Shown one piece after another: positions 40,647 through 53,732 of a DNA stretch of 64,000 bases (position 1 is its first letter; each line of letters opens with the position of its first letter). This DNA comes from Nageia nagi. Taxonomy: Eukaryota > Plantae > Pinophyta. Below the pieces are notes generated by a model that saw only the letters and a program-made list of their open reading frames with translations, was not told the DNA's origin and ran no database searches. Location of the stretch: the NCBI GenBank assembly GCA_050084985.1, contig JBITNC010000001.1, positions 54,932,001-54,996,000 of the forward strand, given 5' to 3'. The translations under genes were made by a program, and so were the position numbers.

Positions 40647-43104
40647 TTCACTCCTAGTCTGGAACTTTCTATAACTCATGAACATTCATGTTGTTAACAA
40701 AAAAAGGTTTTATTAATTTTAGCATTTAGAGTTTACATTATCATATGGAAAAGAAATAGCATGCTACTATAAACTCTTGGAGATATTTCCAAGCCTTTTT
40801 ATATGTTTCCAATTAAATTTCTTTTCATGCTATGAGAATTGGATGGACTGACCATACTTCAGTATCTGGCAAATCTTAAAGATGAATTCTTTCTAATTAA
40901 AAATGGGAAACAAGTATCTAAAATGCATTTCGGCCTTTTGAACACTCTGCTGAAAATCTTTGCTTAATTTTCCATAGGATAAAAAGGAGCAAAAATTTTC
41001 AGCACATTCAGTCTCTCTAACAAGTCAATAACCATTCTTGTTTGATTTATAACTGCCTAGTTGTACACTATTTTGTTCAACCCTGCTTGATTTGACACAG
41101 CACTGCACAACCTTACCGCAACTTGGTAGCTGCTGCTATGGTTAAATTTCATATCTCAAGCTAATTTTAGTATGTTAAATCTTCATCGAAGAGTAGGACA
41201 GCATGGTTAAAGCTCTACCAGTTCATCACTGAAGGACTGGTGAAGAGCTGTGAAAGCAATTATTCTCAGGTATCCAATGTAAGAAGAAATTACCTTGTCA
41301 TTGCATTATTTCACATTGTGTACTCAATAAAGTGGATAGTCATTTTCATGAGGAAAAATGAATCAATTTTCAGTATATAAGTGGCTTCTGCAGAGAAAAA
41401 TAAGAGTTCACAGAAGAAGAGAGACAATAATATTGCACATCCCATTCAAAGAATCAAACATCAACTATAAGAGTGAACCATCTGAATGCAATCACGGTCA
41501 CTATGATTTAGTTGACATATTTTGTTCTTGAATATATGAAATCGGCATGTTCACCAAACTAATGGTGAACTTAACATCATCCCAAAGAATATTTGCAGGA
41601 ACAAACACAATAACAAGTAAACCATCAAACACTTGTGATGCAGAGTTTACTGCGAAGAAAACTCTCATGAGGGAGAATTCCATAGATGAAACGAGTGGGC
41701 TTGCCATTTTATTGAACTGAGCAATCCTGAAATCATTAGACTACAAAGCATGGAAAATGATTTTTGAGGCCCTCTTCATAAGCCAACAACATTTGTATCC
41801 CCTTCAAAGCGCTCTTCTACATAAACTTCCACTCCCTAGCTCAACGAGACTGACTCTTTGCAAAACATCCCCTTATCACAACTAAAAACTTTCTACGTCC
41901 TTACTATGAATTGATGGAAGCCTTCATCCTTCTATCTTCCAGATTCCAAGCCCCATAATGATCCTTCATGGGTTTTTGACTGGACCTAGCTAATCCTGTT
42001 GATAAAGCAAGGTAATTTTACTGATTGTAGATTGTTGCCACTAGCTTACCAAGACATTCCTGGTATTTGGAACCCTAAGTGAAGACCTTGTGGCCTCATA
42101 ACATTGTTTGCAAGCCCTAGAGACACCTAGGCAATCCCAACAATTGTACTTAAGATCCTAAGCATTTAAAAACAATGAAAGATGCAACAAAATTGCTTAA
42201 AATTGATTTAACAGCACTCTCGATGGTTCCTGAAACAAGGGCATCAATACAATTACTAACTTTTGAGGTCTTTCAACCACCGTTTGAGATTATCAAGTGC
42301 AATCCATTGTTTCAGGCACGATTACACTGGGATGCATACCCTGCTTCCAGGGGACCATCCATGTCTGCATCCCCTTAACATCCAGAGGGGGATTCACAAT
42401 TTTTCACTGAGATATGTTTATATGTTCCAGATAGGAGATTGATAATGCCATATAATGTTTATTGATTTCATGTTTTGATTTCTTATTATGTATTTATGCA
42501 TGAATTTATGAAAGAAAGTCCATTTTTGGCATTTTCTGTATTTGTTTTTGACATCACCTAGTGGCCTCCCATACCGTCACCCTTATCATCCATCCTGCCA
42601 TCCCTGAACCCAATACTCCATGTAATAGTGGTTTCAGGTGTACAGGTAGCTCCACAATCCTCATGCCTTTTGTAGTTTTGCCTCTTATGCAGACATGCTA
42701 AAGCTGGACTTTTTGGCTTTTTCCTATATGACTTGATGAATATGTATAAGTTACTAAAATCATCATTGAAGTCTCTCCAGAAAGATATCTGATGCATATG
42801 GGTGAGGTGTTGTGCCCTACACAACTCACCCCAAAAGTTTGCAATTTTGGGTACCCTTAGCAACTTTCACTCGTTTGATACCTAGTCAATACAGCTTCCC
42901 CTCGTCTCTGATTGACTCAAAATCACACCTATTATCCCAGCACCTAAGTGTGTTCAGCCACCCAGTCTCGGTCATGTCATGTTGAAAAAATAAAACCCTC
43001 GAAAAATGACTAAGTCTAGGAATTTAAGTCACGTTTAGGTGAAACTGAAAAATCTGAGTCGAGTCGAAACCAAGCAAGTCGGATCTGGGCCACCCTTAGG
43101 CCTG

Positions 43105-44070
43105 ACGCATGCCCCAGGAAGACAAAATCTTGTCTTTCTAGGACGTGCGCTCGGGCCAGGATGATGCCCAATTCGAAGTTCAAGTCCAGAAGTGCGAATT
43201 GGGTCACCTTTGGACCTAGCGCATGCCATGAAAAGGCAAAATCTTGTCTTTTTGGGGCATGTGCCAGGCTCAGGAAGACACTCAGGACAAAATGGAGGCC
43301 CGGAAAAAGTAACTTAATGCATTTCAAGGTTGGCGTATGCCTCAAAAAGATAGAATTTTGTCTTTTGGGAGCACGCGCCCAAGCCAAGAGGCCACCAAGA
43401 TGGACTTGAGACCCGAAAGATCAAAGTGCACTCACCCAAGGGGCTGGCGCATGCCTTAAAAAGACAAAATCTTGTCTTTTGGGAGCATGCGCCAAGCCCA
43501 AGAAGGCTTCTAGTTGAGTCGAAACACAAAAATTGGCTAAGGCATGGAGCCTCGAAGCCTGGATCCCGCTCCAGCATGGCCAAAGGGGCTACCGCATGCC
43601 TCAAAAACACAAATTCATGACTTTTGGGAGCATGCACCAAGCCTAAGAAAACACCAGGGCGGAACAAACTTGAAAATATGACCAAGTCGCGAGACCAAAA
43701 GACCAAAACAAAGCAAATCTAGCCACCTCCAACCCAGCGCATGCCTCAAGAAGACAGGATCATGACTTTCTGGACCATGCACCTAGACTTGAAGAGCCAA
43801 AGAGAGTGGAGCACGTTTCAAAAAGACAAAATCTTGTCTTTTGAAATCGTGCGCAAAGTTTGGAGGGGCATTTGGGTTGGAACGTTGGGAAAAATGAGCA
43901 AGTTGGACCCCGAGGAGAGCAAGAATCAGGCAAGATCAGGTCTCAGGATGATCTCCAGGGTCAAGCTGGATAAGGAAAAAAGCAAAGAAGGACAACGTGG
44001 GGAGTGCATTAACTCCCAAGGCTGGCGCATGCTCCAAAAAGACAAAATCTTATCTTTTCTGGGCATGCAC
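43105..44070. repeat. Array of eight 46-bp palindromic repeats with variable spacers
   Basis: Consensus GCGCATGCC.CAAAAAGACAAAATCTTGTCTTTTGGG.GCATGCGC, starting at about 43105, 43219, 43333, 43447, 43592, 43737, 43809 and 44025. Confidence 0.9.
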
Positions 44071-44447
44071 CAAGCCTAAAGGAGCCTCAAAACCCCACGT
44101 CTGGTTCTAGCTGGTTGAACACTAAAATTCATGATGACGTAAATCTCGAGGTTGGCCATCTAGATGGCTAGGATATACTTTCTTCCTTAACCTAGCCAAC
44201 TAGGGTTTGATGAAAGCCAACTTTACCTATAAATACCAGCTCAGGGACCTCATTTTTCCAAATTCAAATGGCACTCCTCTTCCACATTTGCACCAAAATT
44301 GCAGAATTTTGAGTTTGAAACTTGTCTAGTTGCTTGGAAAGGCTTGCGCAAGAGATTAAGGAGGCTAAGAGGGCAACGTGGGAGTCATAGGATTGCAAGA
44401 AAGCCAATGCATCACCTTGGGAGGTCCTCACCACTCGCCAAGCCACC

Positions 44448-47400
44448 ATGACCACTTCCAAGAGCAATTTGGCCAAGGACTATGCACGTGATCTGGAGAC
44501 TATCATGCAAGATTGTATCATCACTATATGTGAGCGTCAAGACCCCTTGCCCCAGGAGGCGAGGTTCTCCAAGAACGGACTGGCCACTATCGAAGACACA
44601 AAGTTGCAAAAGGTGGATCCCATGCAGATGAGGGAGAAGATCCGGAACAAGTCAATCAATGAGTTGAAACAAGACATTGTCTTCTTCTCCGGGCTTTCAA
44701 ATTGCACCTTCGTCCCATTCACAACTCCGTTCCCAGAGTTGTGCTTAGAGATTGGCCAACATTGGAAGAAAGGTGAGAGAGTGCTCTAGGACATCAAGGG
44801 CAACGTCATCATGAACTTCAACTCTGAAGCCATCAAGATGACATTCCAATGGACTTCGAAGGGCAGCTTTGAGTACATTGAGGCAAAATCATTGGCATGC
44901 TATCAAGACACCAATAGGGTTGCTGCGATAATTAAGAGTTGGATGCTGGATGAACACCATGGCCTGAAGGGGAATGCACTCATCAATGCCCCTCGCTCCC
45001 ATTTCTACCCGTCCATGGAATTAATGATCCTCATGTTGTCGAGAGTTCTTGGGAAGGAAGATGCATCCAAATTCCGGAAGCAATTCTTTGGCTTCATCGT
45101 GGAAATTACCAGAGGAAAGAAGATCAAGTGGAGCAAGGTTTTGAGTGATAGCATCATGGACCAATTGTCATCATTAGGGACCACACACAAATTCTACCTT
45201 AACTCTTATTTGGTATACCTGCTACTTCAAGGCAAGCACAAGCCTATAGCCTTAGGGAAAGCCAACCTGATTCAGAAAGGGACATATGCCATATAGAAGT
45301 GCTACTCTAAGTGGAAGATCGAGAGGAGATGGGAGAACTTCACTATGAAGAGTGATGGATGGGAGTATGAGATCTACAAGGATCTCAAGGGAGAAATTAT
45401 TGTTGCTAGAATCTCCAACTCAGCCCAAGATGCGTTGAGGAAACATGGAGACTTTTTCATCCATCACCAGCATTACTCCTATATTCGACTCTATGGATCA
45501 GCCATGGAGCCATATCAACTGCCCCGGTATGTCAGCAACAGGATGCTCCTAAAGGAGATGATGATGCAGTTAACCTACCGCATGAACATGTTTGGCAGAA
45601 GAAATCAACCACTTCCAATTTGTCGATCATAGTGAGAGAATACCAGTGCAGAGCATGGGTGGATGTGACTTCCATGATAAAGGAATTAGGGAAGTACAAC
45701 TTCTAGAAGATGCCAGCTGCCAACCACTATGATCTTGAGCACCAAATTCATGACTTCTACATGAAGGAGAGGAAGAGAGCTTATGAGCATAGGCCACTTA
45801 GAGACGAGGAGCCGTTTTGGAACGTCAGTACTGAAGTGGAAGTAAGGAAGATTTGTGCTAAGATGCAAGAAAAGGCCCAAAAGCAACAATGGGAAGTGGA
45901 AGCCTCCATTGATAAGAGGTTGTCTCAGTCTCAGGGAAAGAAGCCACAATAGTCCACCTCTAGAGTCACCCAATTTCCATCGGCGATTAAGGAGCCTGTT
46001 GGGCAGTATGCATCCATGCGTGGAAGAATCCAATTGAGCAGATAATATAGCAGGTCTGGGAGACAGTTGATGAGCATGATATGAGAGAGTGTGTGGCAAC
46101 AAATAAGGTAGTGAGATGTGTTAGGAACAAAAAAGCAGATCAGTCGCCACCCCAGAGGTCGTCAAGAGAAATAGTGTCACGTCCATCCCAAACCGTTCCA
46201 CCATCAGGATCAGAATCCTCGGGTCATCTATATGAGCCCGACAATACCCCTAAGAGAGAACAAAAAGAAGAGCAAGGAGATGATTATGAAAGCTTACTTG
46301 GAGAAGGGGCATATGAGAGCATACCCGAAGATGAGTCCGATGGAGAACCAGAGAATGAGCATGTAGCCAATACCATTCTTGGAGAAGATATTCAGGATGC
46401 ACAAGGTGAAGAAGAGTCGTCATTGGAGATGTTGAAGGAGGTCCACAACCATACCATCTTGGAACCTTCAACATCTCGACAGAAGAACAAAGATCCAATC
46501 CCTGAGTCAATACCAAAGAGAGTGCAATTGAAGAGGGGATCTCAGTCCAGATTGTCAGTGACACCCATGAAGGTTGCAAAGAGAGACCATCAAAGAGAAT
46601 CAGAGAAAATGCTATCAATATTGCTGAAGCAATTGTTGAGACCCATCAACCTTCATCCAACCAAGAATGGAGCGTGGATATGGACGAGTGCCTCGACGTC
46701 TTTAACATGGATGTCAAGGAGGAGTTCATAGCTAAAGGGGCTAATGATCAAATTGGGGAGAGTTCTACTCGTCTGGGGAGGAGTCAGACTTATGTGCACA
46801 TGACAAATAATGCGGTATGCATTAAGACTATAGTGGTTGACAAAGACAACCCCCAGGGTCCCGAAGACTTGAGGCAAATAAATCAAATTATCAACACAAG
46901 TCCCATTGGCATGACAAGAAGGAAACATGCAATCATCTCAAACATAGAGGCAATTGCCAAGGACGGGCTCCTGAAAGAAAAAGAAATAAAGAATTTGAAA
47001 AAGGAGTTAGCCACCCAGAGGAAGTAGACCCGTGAGCTTGAGTCAGCCAAGGTACCCACAAAGGAGCTTCGAAAGGTGAAACCCCTTAAGGAGGGCATGA
47101 TGGCAGTAAAGCAAGAAGTGATTGAAGAGGTCCTAATAGTATTGAGGCATTGAGGCTCTCCATCAGGTCTCGTTTGAGGAGGAGAAGTTAAAGCACATAA
47201 TGACCAAGAGGTTAGACTCCACAGGATTTTAGATTCTCATAGATCCATGATACTAATATTTGAAGCAGCACAGTCTCGGAGACCCAAGGATGTCAAATTC
47301 TATGAGGATTTTTGGTTCTATTGAGGTATAAACAATCAGGTACTCACCCACTTCCAGAAGACCAAGAAGGAGGTGGCTACAATTAATGACAAGGCACATT

Positions 47401-47740
47401 CATGCATCGAGTAGATGGACTTTCAAGTGCAATTCTTGGAGGACACCACCATCCGAGAGGCCAATGAGGTAGTGGTTGAGGTCAAGCACTATCTTCATAG
47501 CTTGATTTTGACATAGGACATGAACTCTTACCAGTCTGGGAGTCCCTTGAGACACATGCTGCGAGCTCATGTGTGGAAGGCTAAAATCCAGAAGCTAGTG
47601 GACGAGGTTGAAGACAATGTTGCTATGAACAGGCCGAAGTTCTCGGAGATGTTGCATGGATTGGAGCTTAGCGACAAAGTTCCTAGCTGATGGATTCGAG
47701 GAACGAGTTGCAGGCTTGGGCCCACCATTGGCTTAGTTGA
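44448..47740 (+). pseudogene. Disrupted ~1100-codon retroelement accessory protein (conserved N-terminal domain, acidic linker, coiled-coil C-terminus)
   Basis: Collinear ORFs 44448-44789, 44811-45296, 45345-45632, 45710-45952, 46081-46731 and 46674-47027, homologous to ORFs at 61329-63910 (-). Confidence 0.8.
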
Positions 47741-49391
47741 TATTTCTTATTTTAATTTATTTTCATAAAAAGTTTTACTTTCCAGCAAGACAATTTTAAT
47801 ATTATTTTATCCCCAAACTCATGAAGGATGAGGATTTGCTCCCACAAGTCTGGAAGGAATTTTGTAATGCCATGTGGCACTTTATTATTGGACTACATTT
47901 ATTTTCTTGGATAGAGTGATTAGGGTTAGGGCAACACGGTTGGTTGCTCCTAAAACTATTATACCCCATTTGATTCATTTGTATGGGGAGATTGACATTT
48001 TCACAAATCAAAAGAACTTTTGCTAGACCAAAATTTCTCTTAAGTGTTAAAAGTGGTGTGTGTGTGGATGCTATTGTGATTAGATACTTGTTCATGTTGA
48101 GATAGTGAATACGGACGAATGTTTGATAGTAGGTTATCAATGTTTTTTCTACTATTGCTTGGTGCTAATCTGATTTTCTTGGTGCATTTTGTAAACTTCT
48201 TTGAAGTGAACAAGAGATTGATTGTATATCTTACGAAGTGATTGATTGGCATCTTTTTAATGGTACTTCACTATTTGCAGTATAGGCTTGGTGACCCCGG
48301 GATGTCTCACTAATGTCGTTCACCTCAAGAACTTCACCCAGGTCCTTCCGTCCCACTCCTGTTCTACCTTGTCTCCTTGCCCTTGGCTTCACACTTTGTT
48401 CACTAGGCTATTCGACTCCCCACGGTCCTTCCACCATTTTACTTTCTTTTATTTTATACCTATTTTTCACAGTCTTCGCACCCCTAATTTCCCTTTTTTA
48501 GCATATCCAAAAACAACCTTGTTGAAGCTCGAATACAAAACTCAGAGTCCCTTGAATCCACACATGATATTCATGTTGGTGGCAGCTCTAAACATCTCAG
48601 CCGTCTCCTGGGTTATTCTCGCATAGCTCGAGAAGCCAACCTTTGGGGTAGCCAGTCCCCATAGCGGGAGGGAGTAGCATCCCTTCACCTGAGGTGTTGA
48701 CATTTTTCCACTACTCTCGGGTAGGAAAGAAAAACACCCCAACATGAGGCAATAAACAAGACATGGTTTAAGAAATGAAACCCAAAGAACCAGGAGAAAA
48801 GTTAGAAGAGATTTATTGCTATCTTTACAATGTTGAGGAAACCATGGTCAATGATCGCCAAATAAAATCTTAAAGAAAAACTTTTATGTCTAATTTTTCA
48901 AAGAGCCATTTCAAATTTGATTTCCTCGAGTACAATCAAGATTCAGATTTGATTTTTACCTCTGATCTCATTTCTGATCTACTGAAAAAGCAACACAATA
49001 AGATATATCTAACATGCATGATTATGGAAATTCAGGTTTTTCATCACAACTGCAAGGTCTCCAGCCCCAAACATTTACGAGGTATTTATGTGATTCTTAC
49101 AGTGTCACACACAAAGCTCTAAGGTATTTACATATGTTGGAGATGCATTTATCTTCTTCAAAATTAAGAAATGAAAAGAATATTAGGAAAGTGCCATTTT
49201 TCCTTTTGCTTTCCTTGGCCACAATGAATTTTCCTATGTCCTCACAAAGATTACATACATTCTTTTTCCCCCATGACCTATATGAGTTATTTCAAATTAT
49301 CTTTAATCAATCATGCAATACAAAGGCCTTACGCTAGATTGTGGAATACATTATATCCAGAAGATAACTTTTCTCCAAAAATGAGTATTTG

Positions 49392-49720
49392 GAGAAACTG
49401 GTAATGATTCTCTATTGCAACAAAAAATAAAATAAAAAAACAACTTTAGAAAAGAACACAAAATGTAATGTTAACTAAATTACTTAATCATTCATAACTT
49501 CAGTTGTTTTTTCTTAGCTTATGTAGGGACAGATTTTCCATGTAAGAATTTTCACACACACGTAGAGAAACTGGTAATGATTCTCTACTACAACAAAAAA
49601 AAAAAACATTTGGCAGAGAACATAAAATGTAATGTTGACTAAATTACTTAATGGTTTCAAATTCAGTTGTTTTTCTTAGCTTAGGCAGGGAGAGATTTGA
49701 CTTTAAAGAATTTTCCCACA
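49392..49720. repeat. Tandem duplication, 2 x ~173 bp
   Basis: GAGAAACTGGTAATGATTCTCTA...TTCAGTTGTTTTTCTTAGCTTA occurs twice. Confidence 0.85.
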
Positions 49721-49844
49721 GCCCCACACACATGTACATATACATTGAGAGAGATGTACAAACGGAAATATTCAACTTTGATATAAAGCATCAAACACTA
49801 AAGAGGAAATCAAATTAATAGAATTAACATTGAAAGCATCCAAC

Positions 49845-49957
49845 CTGTTCCCATTTTCCTTGATGCTCAATTAGATCTTTACAGTATGAGAGGCATTCCG
49901 CATGATAACCAGAAGCCAACTCTTTTAGCATCGCCCTCCTCCTGATTATGCTCATCA
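49845..49957 (-). CDS. Exon 2 of a small plant protein of unknown function
   Basis: Branch point TACTAAC (49980-49974), GACAG| acceptor, CAG|GT donor. Encodes MSIIRRRAMLKELASGYHAECLSYCKDLIEHQGKWEQ, resembling a conserved uncharacterised plant motif of the RRRA.L.ELA..YHAECL..C type (recalled, not searched). Phase fits exon 1. Confidence 0.8.
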
Positions 49958-50205
49958 CTGTCATATTATTGTAGTTAGTATAACTATAAGAATGAATACA
50001 AAGATGCAAACAACCATAAATTTACCAAACAGCTTAAAATGTCAAAACCATCAGTGCCAGAAAAATTTGGTCATGTATTTACAATAAAATATATAGAAAT
50101 TCCAAGTTACACTTTATTTGACATTAATTATCTAGGAGATAACTATGAATTTAAGAAAATGTGGTTAACATTGTTTAAGAAAGCAGAAAGCATAACACTA
50201 AGAAC

Positions 50206-53200
50206 CTAGCATACAGGGTACACATGGGACCCACACGTACTATGCACCATAAGTACAAGGTACGTGGGTAAGCGTACCGGACATGGTACACGGCCGGTAC
50301 ACATGTGGTACGCGTATCGGACATGCAGACATGGTACGCGTACCGGGTAAGCGTACCGGACGTGGTACGCGTACTGGGTACGCGCAGTCGCATACCATGC
50401 GCGTAACGACCGCGTACCATGCGCATACCGACGAGGGGCCTCCAAATGCCTCAAAAATATAAAAAATAAAAACTTACCTTTTTTGCCACTTAAATCTGCC
50501 CTCTCATTTCTAACACTCAAACACTCTCTCACTCACACTCAGCTCTCAAGTTTCAAGGGTTTTAGCATTCCAGGATTGAGCATTGGCCATTTGAGCAAAG
50601 GGGAAAAGGCAAAGAATTCACATGGATAGCTCCTCTCAAGAGGCTTCTTCCAGGCAAAGGGGAAAAGGCAAAGCACCAGCAAGAAGAGCTTCTACTCATG
50701 AATCAGCTATTGAAAATCAACAAGTTGAAGCAGACGAAGGGAATAAAAACCCATTGTGAAGGTATGTGACAATTGAAAAACAAAAGACACATGCCCATTC
50801 CAATGCCACATGGGTTTGCAATGTTTGTAAAAAGAAATACAGTGGCAGTTATTCAAGGGTGAGATTTCATCTATTGAAAATGTCTGGACATGGGATTATT
50901 GCTTGTCTTGTTATCTCAGCCAAACAGTTGTTTGGATTGCAAAATGAAGACAAGAAGGGCCAAGAAGCAGTGGCTGCTCATAAGACACCAATGGTTGACC
51001 CAGTGGTCAAGTCTCAAGACATGAATCTGAACCAGAAACACACCAATATCACATCTGGTTGAAAAAGAACAGCTGTTGGTTGTAGCATGGATAAGATGTT
51101 TCAGAGAGAGTTGAAAGAGGAAATTGACCTCCTTGTTGGTACGTATCACTATGGTAATTGTCTTTCTTTCAATACTGCACGTTCCCCCTTTTTTTTAGAA
51201 ATGGTGAAGGGGTTAGTTCAACGTGCACCATCCAGTTATGTTCCTCCCAACTCTAATACGTTGAGGACCACCATTTTGGATAAAGCTAAGAGGAGGGTAC
51301 AAGAAGAATTGAAAACCATTAAGGCAACTTGGCCACAATCAGGAGTGAGCATAGTATCAGATGGGTGGACTGATCCAACTCGCCATCCATTGATTAATTT
51401 CATTGTGTCATCTCCCAATGGTCCAGTTTTCATCAAATGTGTGAACGCAACAGGAAAATACAAAGACCGTGCATACTTAGGTACTTTTGATTCTTTGAAC
51501 AAAATCTAGAATAGTCACTAACTCACTATACTTAATTTAAATTAATAGTCACTAATACTTATTTATATTTTCTTTTCTATATTCCATCTTTTCAATTTTT
51601 GTATGATTATGTAGTGATGCACTATGCAGGTGAATTATTTATCAACATTGTTGAGCAAGTGGGAGTTAATAACATTGTGCAGCTGATTACTGATAATGCA
51701 CCTGTTTTTAAGGTAGCAGAGATGATTTTAGAGACTAAGTACCCTAGTGTATTTTGGACACCATGCATAGTGCATAGTTTAAACCTTGCAATAAAATCAA
51801 TTGCATATGACTTGCCTTGGATGTCTAAAATAATTGAGGCTGCAAAATTGATAAAGAATTTTGTACAAAATCATACACATGCACTCATCATCTATCGCAA
51901 ACATAGCCACCTTTCCCTTCTTAGAGTGGCAGACACTCGTTTTGCTTCCTCTTTTATCATGTTAAAGGGATAAAGGAAGTGAGGAAAGCATAAGAGGCGA
52001 TGGTTATTGATGAGATGTGGACTTTCTGGAGAAAGATTGACATAAACACATCCAAGAAGATCAAGGAGCTTGTGGTTGATGACACCTGGTGGGAAAGGAT
52101 AGACTTCACCTTGCTCATTGTTGAGCCAATCATATCTTTACTCCATTTTGCTGATTCAGATGTTGTTGTTCTTGGTAAGGTTTATGAGGCATGGGATAGT
52201 GTCATTGAAAAGGTAAAACATCTAGTTTATGAGCATGCTTCATTGGCAACTAATATTGCTAATGCTTCTGTTGATGAGATCTATTCAGCTATTAGCAGCA
52301 CCCTTTTTAATAGATGGGAGAAAAATTGTACACCACTTCATTGCTTAGCACACTCATTGAATCCCAAATACTATAGTGATGAATGGCTGAATTCTACTTC
52401 TAGTCCTAGTCGACGCTTCCCTCCACACATGGATAAGGAGGTTTCAGATGGTAGGAAGATAGCCTTCAAGTAGTTGTTTTCTGATCAAGGTACATTGGAT
52501 ACGATTGAGGAGGCATTTGTTGAGTTCTCTACAAGTACAGGCAGGTTTGGTTGTTATGATATCATCAGGGTTAGAGGTTTCGAAGAAGCCCCATACATTT
52601 TGGGCATTGCATGGATCAACATGTCCCCCTTTGCAGAGGTTAGCCCTACGACTTCTATCATAGGTGAGCTCATCCTCTTGTTGTGAGAGGAATTAGAGTA
52701 CATCCTCCAAGGTGCATAGTGTTGAGCGTAGCAAACTTGATCAGAAGAGGGTAGCAAACTTGGTGTATGTGCACACCAATCTTCGTCTTTTATACAAGCA
52801 GAGGTAGGAGTATCAGAGGGGTCGTACCAAATTGTTGGATGTGCTACCAAATGAGATGGCATTGGACAACTCATTTGAGTTGCAATTAGCCAATCTAGAT
52901 ATTGATGCACACTGACATTTGATGAGGATACTATTGGATCATCAACTTCAATTGCAGCCACTATGGATCAGGATGACTACCTAGAGTCAAAGATGGTAGG
53001 AGTGCATGGCGGTGACAGCCATGAGGGGGAGGATACTAATGCCTTTGGCGTTGATGATTTTGATACAGACTATTTTCCTACTAGAGAGTCGACTAGAGAC
53101 AATATTTGATTTTGTTCATGTTTTGAGACAGTCAGACAAACTATTGTCTTGTTGTTTTACTTGTAAAGGCTTATTTTGGATATTGCATCATGTTATAGTT

Positions 53201-53449
53201 ATACTTATCATATATGGGCATTGGGAGTTAATATAGACTTTAGACATGGTTTTCCTTCTAAAATGTTATTTTAATTTATGTGTATGAGTGTATCTGATAT
53301 CAATTATCGTATTATTTTTTGCAAATTGCAATATAGTATTTTAGAATATATATATGTCGTACCAACGTACCGGATTTTCAGCACCCAACGTACCACGTAC
53401 CGGATACGCATATTTGCATACCATTGCACCGCCATACCATGTGATCTAG
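50206..53449 (+). mobile_element. hAT DNA transposon (3244 bp) with disabled transposase, inside intron 1 of the host gene
   Basis: 8-bp TSD CTAAGAAC (50198-50205) / CTGAGAAC (53450-53457). Imperfect TIRs and CGTAC subterminal repeats. BED finger (WVCNVC...H...C), IVSDGWTD, ITDNA, WTPCIVHSLNL, TRFAS, SSCCERN. Intron at ~51481-51629; several stops. Confidence 0.95.
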
Positions 53450-53732
53450 CTGAGAACCTGAAAAGACCATCCCTATGAAATAGAAAATTTAAGACCCTTA
53501 AAATTGTCTCTCTTGATATGTCCCATTCCTCCAACCAGAATCTATTAGCACAATTGTCTTCAAATACACTCAGCAGTTACTGCATATACAAGAAACACAA
53601 ATCTGTACCATTATCATTCCATTTATTTCCTATATCAAGTTGTAAGCACGTAAAAGTCTTTCTTTAAAAAAGTGCCAAATAAAACAACGATCGTGAACAT
53701 TTAATTTTAAAGGTTTCTTGAGTTTAAGCGAG

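Larger units (their letters stand above)
42980..48744 (+). mobile_element. Giant solo-LTR-like retroelement segment (5765 bp) containing an accessory ORF
   Basis: TGTTG...CAACA termini; TATA CCTATAAATA at ~44226; no PBS, PPT, gag or pol seen; related copy at 60300-64000. Confidence 0.75.

Noticed and set aside
41150-41250. Box C/D snoRNA on the minus strand (GTGATGA...CGATGA)
   Set aside because: No canonical terminal CTGA D box or terminal stem, and no recognisable rRNA guide.
43105-44070. CRISPR array (palindromic repeats with spacers)
   Set aside because: Eukaryotic retroelement context, no cas genes, degenerate repeats and spacers of 26-170 bp.
43016-44079. Overlapping ORFs on both strands as genes
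   Set aside because: They arise from the GC-richer palindromic repeat array.
47978-47996. GGGGAGATTG as an internal PPT / LTR start
   Set aside because: It is not conserved at the equivalent position in the second copy and is not followed by TGTTG.
50175-50532. Tyr/Arg/His-rich ORFs
   Set aside because: They are translations of hAT subterminal CGTAC repeats.
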